From assembly GCA_963761335.1 (NCBI GenBank), contig CAVXGR010000012.1, positions 128,001 to 192,000 on the forward strand: a stretch of DNA of 64,000 nucleotides. The letters are read 5' to 3'. The stretch comes from an uncultured delta proteobacterium (lineage in GTDB: Bacteria; Desulfobacterota; Binatia; HRBIN30; BPIQ01). The notes beneath the pieces were generated by a model that was not told the DNA's origin, did no database searches, and saw only the letters and a list, made by a program, of their open reading frames with translations. This document shows positions 55,605-64,000 of the stretch, piece by piece. Both the position numbers and the translations under genes were made by a program. The first letter of the stretch is position 1. Each line of letters begins with the position of its first letter.

Positions 55605-55943
55605 ATGAGAGCAAGGGAAAAACTGACTCTCGAAGAGAAGGTGTCGCTCGCCTTGGAGCTGATCAAGCGCGAGCGCTCCCTCGATGAGATTCGCACCCAC
55701 TATCGCGTTAGCCACACGACGGCGTACAAGGTGCGGAACACCTTTCTCGAAGGCGGGCGCGCCGCACTGTTGCGCGACGGGCCGCGTCGCCGCGCCGAGG
55801 ATCTGGAGCAGCGGGTGCAGGCGCTGGAGAACCTCCTGCAGAGCCGGTCGGGCCAACGAGAGGGTCGGCCGGCGCGGGCGGCGCAGTCACTCAATACAAA
55901 TGGACAAGGGGACGGCCGCTCGGTCGTCGCCCGCAAACAGTAA
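55605..55943 (+). CDS. Small HTH + coiled-coil protein resembling IS3-type OrfA
   Basis: GGGAGG RBS; EEKVSLALELIK...SLDEIRTHYRVSHTTAYKVRNTFLEGG...LEQRVQALENLL. Confidence 0.7.
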   Translation: MRAREKLTLEEKVSLALELIKRERSLDEIRTHYRVSHTTAYKVRNTFLEGGRAALLRDGPRRRAEDLEQRVQALENLLQSRSGQREGRPARAAQSLNTNGQGDGRSVVARKQ

Positions 55944-55954
55944 GGAAGGCGCGA

Positions 55955-56890
55955 ATGTATCTAATCACAGGCGGAGCCGGCTTCATCGGCTCGAATCTGG
56001 CCGAGGCCCTGGTGCGTGCGGGAGAGAAAGTGCGCATCTTCGATGACTTCAGCAGCGGCTCGCGGGACAACCTGCGGGCCATTGCCGGCGACGTCGAGGT
56101 CATCGAAGGCGACCTGCGCGATCTCGACGCCGTGCGCACGGCCGTCAAGGGAGTCGAGTACATCTCTCATCAGGCGGCGCTGCGCTCGGTGCCGCGTTCG
56201 GTCGACGACCCATTGAGCACCGATGAGGTCAACATCCACGGCACGCTGCACCTGCTGATGGCGGCCCGCGACTCCGGCACGGTGAAGCGGCTGGCCTATG
56301 CCTCCTCGTCATCCGTGTACGGCGACAACCCCACTCTGCCGAAGGTCGAGGACCAGGCCACTGCGCCGGTCTCCCCCTATGCGGTGTCCAAGCTCGGGGC
56401 CGAGCTGTACTGCCGGGTGTTCAGCAAGCTCTACGGACTGGAGACGGTGTCGATGCGCTACTTCAACGTCTTCGGGCCGAAGCAGAGCCCGGAGTCACAG
56501 TACGCCGCCGTGGTGCCGCTGTTCATGCAGGCGGCACTGCGCCGCGAGCCGGTGACCATCCACGGCGACGGAGAGCAATCGCGCGATTTCACCCACATCG
56601 ACAACGTCGTGCAGGCGAACCTCCGGGCGCTTCGCACCGAAGGCGTCGCCGGCGAGGCCTTCAACATCGCCTGCGGTGAGCGGCATTCGCTTCTCGAGAT
56701 CGTGGCTCTCTTCGAGCGCTTTGTCGGCCATCCGATCGAGCGGCACCATACGCCGCCGCGCGCCGGCGACGTGCGCCACACGGAGGCCTCGATCGAGAAG
56801 GCGCGACGGCGGCTCGGATACGATCCCCAGGTCGGGTTCGAGGACGGCCTGGAGCGCACCTTCACGCATTTTCGCAGCCAGTTCCGCTGA
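55955..56890 (+). CDS. UDP-hexose/HexNAc 4-epimerase (WbpP-like SDR)
   Basis: [48 protein letters not shown]. Confidence 0.92.
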   Translation: MYLITGGAGFIGSNLAEALVRAGEKVRIFDDFSSGSRDNLRAIAGDVEVIEGDLRDLDAVRTAVKGVEYISHQAALRSVPRSVDDPLSTDEVNIHGTLHLLMAARDSGTVKRLAYASSSSVYGDNPTLPKVEDQATAPVSPYAVSKLGAELYCRVFSKLYGLETVSMRYFNVFGPKQSPESQYAAVVPLFMQAALRREPVTIHGDGEQSRDFTHIDNVVQANLRALRTEGVAGEAFNIACGERHSLLEIVALFERFVGHPIERHHTPPRAGDVRHTEASIEKARRRLGYDPQVGFEDGLERTFTHFRSQFR

Positions 56891-56904
56891 GCCCCGGAGG
56901 TAAA

Positions 56905-56933
56905 TTGACATGGATCAGGTGAGCCGCTACGGT
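56905..56933 (+). promoter_or_regulatory. Putative sigma70 promoter for the sucD operon
   Basis: TTGACA-N17-TACGGT. Confidence 0.65.
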
Positions 56934-57008
56934 CGGCTCGCGTCTCCGCACGAGCCGGGCCTACCGGCCAACCCAACTGCGGCGGCGCGGATTCGCTGAG
57001 GAGGAACG

Positions 57009-57884
57009 GTGAGCATCCTGGTCGACAAGAACACACGTGTACTCACGCAGGGCATCACCGGTGCCACCGGACAGTTTCACACCCGCACCTGCCGCGAATA
57101 CGGCACCCAGATGGTCGCCGGCGTGACTCCAGGAAAGGGGGGCACCGACTTCGAGGGTATCCCCATCTTCGACACCGTCGCCCAAGCGGTCGCCGCCACC
57201 GGGGCCAACGCCTCGGTCATCTACGTGCCGCCGCCGTTTGCCGCCGACGCCATCATGGAGGCCGCCGACACCGAGCTGCCGCTTGCCGTGTGCATCACCG
57301 AAGGCATCCCGGTGCAGGACATGGTCCGCGTCAAGCGCTACCTGGAGGGGCGGCGGACGCGCTTGATCGGCCCCAACTGCCCGGGGATCATTTCCCCCGG
57401 GTCGTGCAAGATCGGCATCATGCCGGGATACATCCACACCCCGGGCGGCATCGGGGTGGTGTCGCGCAGCGGCACGCTGACCTATGAGGCGGTGCACCAG
57501 CTCACCGGGCTCGGCCTCGGGCAGTCCACCTGCATCGGTATCGGCGGCGACCCCATCATCGGCACCGGCTTCATCGACGCCCTCGAGCTGTTCCAGGCCG
57601 ACGGCGACACCAAGGGCGTCATCCTCATCGGCGAGATCGGCGGCACCGCCGAGGAGGAGGCGGCGGCCTACATCCAGAAGCACATGAACAAGCCGGTGGT
57701 CGCCTTCATCGCCGGACAGACGGCACCCAAGGGCAAGCGCATGGGACACGCCGGCGCCATCATCGCCGGCGGCCGCGGCACGGCGGCCGACAAGATCGCC
57801 GCCTTCGAAGCCGCCGGGGTGCGCGTCGCCAAGAGCCCGGCGGATCTCGGCACCACCATGCAGGCCGCACTGAAAGGAAATTGA
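57009..57884 (+). CDS. sucD: Succinyl-CoA synthetase alpha subunit
   Basis: [41 protein letters not shown]. Confidence 0.97.
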   Translation: MSILVDKNTRVLTQGITGATGQFHTRTCREYGTQMVAGVTPGKGGTDFEGIPIFDTVAQAVAATGANASVIYVPPPFAADAIMEAADTELPLAVCITEGIPVQDMVRVKRYLEGRRTRLIGPNCPGIISPGSCKIGIMPGYIHTPGGIGVVSRSGTLTYEAVHQLTGLGLGQSTCIGIGGDPIIGTGFIDALELFQADGDTKGVILIGEIGGTAEEEAAAYIQKHMNKPVVAFIAGQTAPKGKRMGHAGAIIAGGRGTAADKIAAFEAAGVRVAKSPADLGTTMQAALKGN

Positions 57885-57889
57885 TCGCA

Positions 57890-58309
57890 ATGCTCGAACG
57901 GACGTTTGCCATCGTCAAGCCGGATGCCGTCGCCAAAGGCGCCGCCGGCGAGATCCTGCGCCGCGCCCAGGCCTCCGGACTGCGCATCGTCGGCCTGAAG
58001 ATGCTGCACCTGACCAAGGCGGACGCCGGCCGCTTCTACGTGGTCCACAAGGAGCGCCCCTTCTACGACAGCCTCACGACGTTCATGTCCGAAGGGCCGA
58101 TCGTCATGGCCGCATTCGAAGGGCAGGGGGCGATCGCCAAGTGGCGCGAGCTCATGGGCCCGACCGATTCAAAGAAGGCGCCGCAGGGAACCATCCGCGG
58201 GGATTTCGGCACCGACGTCGAGCGCAATGCCGCGCACGGCTCCGACGCCCCCGAGACGGCGCAGTGGGAAATTGCCTTCTTCTTCAGCCAGCACGATCTC
58301 ATCCCCTGA
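57890..58309 (+). CDS. ndk: Nucleoside diphosphate kinase
   Basis: [26 protein letters not shown]. Confidence 0.97.
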   Translation: MLERTFAIVKPDAVAKGAAGEILRRAQASGLRIVGLKMLHLTKADAGRFYVVHKERPFYDSLTTFMSEGPIVMAAFEGQGAIAKWRELMGPTDSKKAPQGTIRGDFGTDVERNAAHGSDAPETAQWEIAFFFSQHDLIP

Positions 58310-58340
58310 GCCGCTGCCCGGCACACCGCTCGCGCCCGCG

Positions 58341-59363
58341 GTGCTGACGCCGGCGGCGCTGCGCGCCTGGATGGCGGCGCAGGGGCAGCCCGGCTATCGC
58401 GCCGAGCAGATCCTGCGCTGGGTCTACGGCGAGGGGGCGGGCTCGTTCGCCGAGATGACCAACATCTCGCGGCCGCTGCGCCTGCGCCTGGCGAGCGACT
58501 TCGCCCTGCCGCGCCTCGAGCCCAGCCGCATCGACCGTTCCCGCGACGGCACCCGCAAGCTCCTCTTTCTCCTCGACGAGGCGACCGCCGTGGAGACGGT
58601 GATCATTCCCGACCCGCCCCGGCTGACCATCTGCATCTCCAGCCAGGCCGGCTGTGCCATGGGATGCGGCTTCTGCGCCACGGCGCGCCTCGGCCTCCTT
58701 CGCCAGCTCAGTGCCGACGAGATCGTCGGCCAGGTGCTGGCGGCGCGTGCCCAGCTCGAGGGGGAGGAGCGCATCACCAACCTCGTCTTCATGGGAATGG
58801 GCGAGCCGTTACACAACTTCGACGAGGTGGTGCGCGCCATCGGCACGCTCACTGCGCCCTGGGGAATGAACCTCTCCCCGCGGCGCATCACCGTGTCCAC
58901 GGTCGGGCTGGTGCCGCAGATGCGGCGCCTCATCGGCGAGACCAAGGTGAACCTGGCGGTGTCGTTGACGGCGACCACCGACGCCTTGCGCAGCCGGCTG
59001 ATGCCGGTCAACCGGCGCTACGCTCTCGACGAGCTGCTGCGCGCCTGCCGCGAGCTGCCGCTGCCGCAGCGCAAGCGCATCACCTTCGAGTACGTCCTGC
59101 TCGCGGGGGTGAACGACACCCCCACCGACGCCGCCCGTCTCGTCCGGCTGCTGCACGGCATCCGCTGCAAGGTGAACCTGATTCCCTTCAACCCCTTTCC
59201 CGGCTCCGGCTTCGCGCCTCCCGCCGACGATGTGGTGCGGGCCTTTCGCGATCGTCTGGACGCCGCCCACGTGCACGCCAGCGTGCGCACCCATCGCGGG
59301 CGGGATGTGAGCGCTGCCTGCGGACAGCTCGCCGCCGAGGTGGGCGGCGCGGAGAGACCATGA
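58341..59363 (+). CDS. rlmN: 23S rRNA/tRNA m2A methyltransferase (radical SAM)
   Basis: CISSQAGCAMGCGFC, MGMGEP, ITVSTVG, NLIPFNP, AACGQL; start uncertain. Confidence 0.93.
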   Translation: MLTPAALRAWMAAQGQPGYRAEQILRWVYGEGAGSFAEMTNISRPLRLRLASDFALPRLEPSRIDRSRDGTRKLLFLLDEATAVETVIIPDPPRLTICISSQAGCAMGCGFCATARLGLLRQLSADEIVGQVLAARAQLEGEERITNLVFMGMGEPLHNFDEVVRAIGTLTAPWGMNLSPRRITVSTVGLVPQMRRLIGETKVNLAVSLTATTDALRSRLMPVNRRYALDELLRACRELPLPQRKRITFEYVLLAGVNDTPTDAARLVRLLHGIRCKVNLIPFNPFPGSGFAPPADDVVRAFRDRLDAAHVHASVRTHRGRDVSAACGQLAAEVGGAERP

Positions 59364-60229
59364 AGACGATCGGCGTCATCGGCGGCAGCGGTCTCTACGA
59401 CCTGCCAGAGCTCGGGTCCGTCGAGCGCATCCGCCTCGACACCCCCTTCGGCGCGCCGTCGGACGACTACGTCTGCGGCGTTCTCGGCGACACCCGACTG
59501 GTCTTCCTGCCGCGCCACGGTCGCGGCCACCGGATCCTGCCGACCGAGGTGAACTTCCGCGCCAACATCTACGGAATGAAGAAGCTCGGCGTCGAGCGCC
59601 TGATCGGCATCGGTGCCGTCGGCAGCCTCGCCGAAGCGATCGCCCCCGGGCACCTGGTGATCCCCGATCAGCTGATCGACCGCACCTCGAAGCGGCCGAG
59701 CACCTTCTTCGGCGGCGGTGTCGTCGCCCACGTCGCCTTCGCCGACCCCTTCTGCCCGCAGCTCAGCGGCGCCGTCGGCGCCGCCGCCCGCCAGGTCGGC
59801 GCCACGGTGCACGAGGGCGGGGTGTACGTCTGCATGGAAGGGCCGCAGTTCTCGACCCGCGCCGAATCGCACCTCTACCGCAGCTGGGGCGGCACGGTGA
59901 TCGGCATGACCAATCTGCAGGAGGCCAAGCTGGCGCGCGAGGCCGAGCTCTGCTTCACCACCGTGGCCCTGGTCAGCGATTACGACTGCTGGAACGCCGC
60001 CGCCGGCGACGTGGCCATCGAGGACGTGCTGCGCATCCTGGCGGCCGAGGTGGACATGGCGCGGCGGATGATCACCACTCTCGCGGCCGAGCTGCGCGAG
60101 CCGCGAGGCTGCGCCTGCGGGCGCGCCCTGGAGAACGCCATCATCACCGATCGGGCGCGGATTCCCGACGAGGCGCGCCGCCGACTCGGGCTGCTGATCG
60201 GCAAGTACGTGGGGGAGGAGAGCAGGTGA
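59360..60229 (+). CDS. mtnP: S-methyl-5'-thioadenosine phosphorylase
   Basis: IGGSG, TPFGAPS, RHGRGH, EGPQFSTRAES, GMT, DYDCW. Confidence 0.93.
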   Translation: MKTIGVIGGSGLYDLPELGSVERIRLDTPFGAPSDDYVCGVLGDTRLVFLPRHGRGHRILPTEVNFRANIYGMKKLGVERLIGIGAVGSLAEAIAPGHLVIPDQLIDRTSKRPSTFFGGGVVAHVAFADPFCPQLSGAVGAAARQVGATVHEGGVYVCMEGPQFSTRAESHLYRSWGGTVIGMTNLQEAKLAREAELCFTTVALVSDYDCWNAAAGDVAIEDVLRILAAEVDMARRMITTLAAELREPRGCACGRALENAIITDRARIPDEARRRLGLLIGKYVGEESR

Positions 60230-61134
60230 GCATCACCGTCGTCGGCTCCGTGTTCTACGACTCGATCGAGACACCGCACGGCAGCGTCGACAACACCCTG
60301 GGCGGCGCCGCCACCTACTTCAGCATCGCCGCCAGCTTCTTCGCGCCGGTGCGCATGGTGGCCGCGGTGGGAGAGGATTTTCCCCAGGAAGAGCTGCAGG
60401 CGTTGCGCGCCCGCGGCATCGACCTCGCCGGGGTGCAGGTGCGCGCCGGGCAGACCGGGCGCTGGAGCGGGCGCTACCTCCAGGACATGAACCAGCGCGA
60501 GACCCTCGACCTGCAGCTGGGCGTGTTCTCCGATTTCGAGCCCGTCCTCCCGCAGCCCTATCGGAACGCCGACTTCGTCTTTCTCGCCAACATCGACCCG
60601 CGGCTGCAGTCCATGGTGCTCGATCAGCTGCACCAGCCCCGCCTGATCGGCTGCGACACCATGAACTACTGGATTGCGGAGACGCGGCCGGCGCTGGAAT
60701 CCCTCTTGCCGCGCATCCACGTGCTGGTGATCAACGATGAGGAGGCGCGCCAGCTCAGCGGCGAGCAGAACATTGTGCGGGCGGCGCGGCGCATCCTCTC
60801 CATGGGGCCCAAGAGCGTTCTCATCAAGCGCGGCGAGTACGGGGTCATCCAGTTCTCCCCCCACTCGGTCTTCGCCGTGCCCGCATTCCCGCTCGAGGAG
60901 GTGTTCGACCCGACCGGTGCCGGCGACGTCTTCGCCGGCGGCCTGATGGGCGCTCTCGCCCGTTCCGGGGACACCTCGGAGCGCGGCCTCCGCCAGGCAA
61001 TCGTCTACGGCAGCGTGCTCGGCTCGTTCGTGGTCGAGGACTTCGGCATGAGACGCCTGCGCGAGCTCACTGACGAGGACATCGAGCGGCGCTACCGCCA
61101 GTTCATCAGCCTCACGGACGTCGAGGGGGGCTGA
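60226..61134 (+). CDS. PfkB-family sugar/nucleoside kinase
   Basis: GGAATY, DTMNYWI, NDEEA, DPTGAGDVFAGG. Confidence 0.9.
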   Translation: MSITVVGSVFYDSIETPHGSVDNTLGGAATYFSIAASFFAPVRMVAAVGEDFPQEELQALRARGIDLAGVQVRAGQTGRWSGRYLQDMNQRETLDLQLGVFSDFEPVLPQPYRNADFVFLANIDPRLQSMVLDQLHQPRLIGCDTMNYWIAETRPALESLLPRIHVLVINDEEARQLSGEQNIVRAARRILSMGPKSVLIKRGEYGVIQFSPHSVFAVPAFPLEEVFDPTGAGDVFAGGLMGALARSGDTSERGLRQAIVYGSVLGSFVVEDFGMRRLRELTDEDIERRYRQFISLTDVEGG

Positions 61135-61151
61135 GGCGGGAGCGCGTCGGC

Positions 61152-61218
61152 GACAGGCAACTTTTGCGGCGGACTGCCTGCTCCAAATGCGCGATCGGAG
61201 CCGCAAAAGTAGCCTGTC
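61152..61218. repeat. 19-bp inverted repeat (18/19 match) with 29-nt spacer
   Basis: GACAGGCAACTTTTGCGGC ... GCCGCAAAAGTAGCCTGTC. Confidence 0.8.
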
Positions 61219-61222
61219 CCCT

Positions 61223-61251
61223 TTGACTTCGCTACCGGGCACCGTTATAAA
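61223..61251 (+). promoter_or_regulatory. Putative sigma70 promoter upstream of ugd
   Basis: TTGACT-N17-TATAAA. Confidence 0.6.
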
Positions 61252-61282
61252 CTCGACACTTTGTTGTTCCGAGCTTCCGATC

Positions 61283-61317
61283 AGGGTCTGCCTGGCCATG
61301 CCGACAGGCCCTTTTTT
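61283..61317 (+). terminator. Intrinsic-terminator-like hairpin + U6
   Basis: AGGGTCTG...CAGGCCCT stem followed by TTTTTT. Confidence 0.6.
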
Positions 61318-61424
61318 GCACCGGCAGCTCGTCCATCACCGGGCCGGACTGCCGCCGGAACCTCGCTTCGAGAGCCTGCGAGGACGTACCGGCGGCGCCA
61401 GCCGCCACTGAACGAGGAGGCATC

Positions 61425-62734
61425 GTGAGACTCTGCGTATTGGGAACGGGGTACGTCGGACTGGTGGCCGGCACCTGCTTCGCCGAGAGCGGCAACGACG
61501 TGACCTGCGTCGACGTCGATCGCGAGAAGATCGCCCGCCTGCAACAGGGAGTGGTGCCCATCTACGAGCCCGGGCTGGAGGAGCTCATCCGGCGCAACAT
61601 GGCGGAGAAGCGGCTGAGCTTCACCACCGACATCGCCGAGGCGGTGCGCAACGCCGAGGTTTGCTTCATCGCCGTCGGCACGCCGCAAGCGGATGACGGC
61701 AGCGCCGACATGAGCTACGTGATGCGCGCCGCCGCCGAGATCGGCGAGAACATGACCGGCTATCGGCTGATCGTCACCAAGAGCACCGTTCCGGTCGGTA
61801 CCTGCCAGCGAATCGAGCACATCGTCGCCTCGCGCGCCTCGCACCCGTTCGACGTCGCCTCCAATCCCGAGTTCCTCAAGGAAGGCGCCGCCGTCGAGGA
61901 CTTCATGAAGCCCGATCGCGTCGTCATCGGCACGCGCAGCGACAGGGCCACGGAGCTCCTCCAGGCGCTGTACTCGCCCTTCGTGCGCACCGAGGCGCCG
62001 ATCGTGGTGATGAGCCCGGAGAGCGCCGAGCTCACCAAGTACGCCGCCAACGCCCTGCTGGCGGCGCGTATTTCGCTGATGAACGAGATCGCCAACCTCT
62101 GCGAGAAGGTCGGCGCCGAGGTCAACGCGGTGCGCCGCGGGGTCGGCTTTGACCGCCGCATCGGCCAGCACTTCCTCTTCCCCGGCGTCGGCTATGGTGG
62201 CTCCTGCTTTCCCAAGGACGTGCGCGCCGTGGTCAACACCGCGGCGCAGCACGGCCTCGACTTTCACCTGCTCAAAGCGGTCGAGCAGGTGAACGAGCGC
62301 CAGAAGGAGGTGCTGGTCGACAAGGTGAAAGCGCACTTCGGCGACTTTCTTCAGGGCATGCACTTCGCCGTCTGGGGGCTCGCGTTCAAGCCGCGCACCG
62401 ACGACATGCGCCAGGCGCCGGCGCTCACCGTCATCGAGCGGCTGCTGGCGGCAGGCGCCAAGGTGCACGCCCACGATCCCGAGGCGCTCAACGAAGCGCG
62501 GCGCACCTTCGGGGATCGCATCACCTATCACCGCGTCAACTACGAGGCTCTGGACGGTGCGGATGCCCTGCTGATCGTCACCGAGTGGAAGGAGTTCAGC
62601 CGTCCCGATTTTCATCGTATGCTGTCTCTGATGAAGCATCCGGTGATCTTCGACGGACGCAACGTCTACGACCCCGAGCAGATGCGCAAGCTCGGCTTCA
62701 CCTATTACTCGATCGGGCGCCCGGCAGTCACTCC

Positions 62735-62738
<4 letters not shown>
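61425..62738 (+). CDS. ugd: UDP-glucose 6-dehydrogenase
   Basis: [48 protein letters not shown]. Confidence 0.95.

Positions 62739-64000
<1,262 letters not shown>

Noticed and set aside
55507..55943. Intact insertion sequence or CRISPR array
   Set aside because: No DDE transposase, flanking IRs or target duplication; repeats are 8 bp with no spacers, and no cas genes are present.

Overview
GC-rich bacterial chromosomal window with no rRNA, tRNA or CRISPR seen. The gene content suggests a deltaproteobacteria-like lineage, possibly Ca. Binatia; this is inference only. Four blocks are present. (1) Minus strand 1-5.4 kb: an ntrB/ntrC-like pair preceded by an F420 operon cofG-cofH-cofD-cofE. (2) 5.5-13.3 kb: a divergent sigma54 signalling cluster with a REC-histidine kinase, two NtrC-family activators and two degenerate pseudo-kinases, one fused to a dead AAA+ activator domain. 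(3) 13.4-56.9 kb, plus strand: a ~43 kb surface polysaccharide/glycosylation cluster. It encodes an ExeA-like ATPase-LysM-SPOR protein, a NusG/RfaH paralog, Wza, a split Wzc, a Wzy/ligase, a permuted priming transferase, nucleotide-sugar enzymes, four GT4, one GT2 and two GT-C glycosyltransferases. It also encodes four alkaline-phosphatase-superfamily enzymes, a carbamoyltransferase-SGNH-DUF5989 module, a methyltransferase, an HPrK-like kinase, a NamH/CMAH-like protein and a twice-frameshifted giant beta-helix protein. (4) 57-64 kb: sucD-ndk-rlmN-mtnP-pfkB and ugd-uxs-epimerase. All calls come from motif recognition by eye, with no database searches. Start codons were adjusted using RBS and stop/start overlaps.
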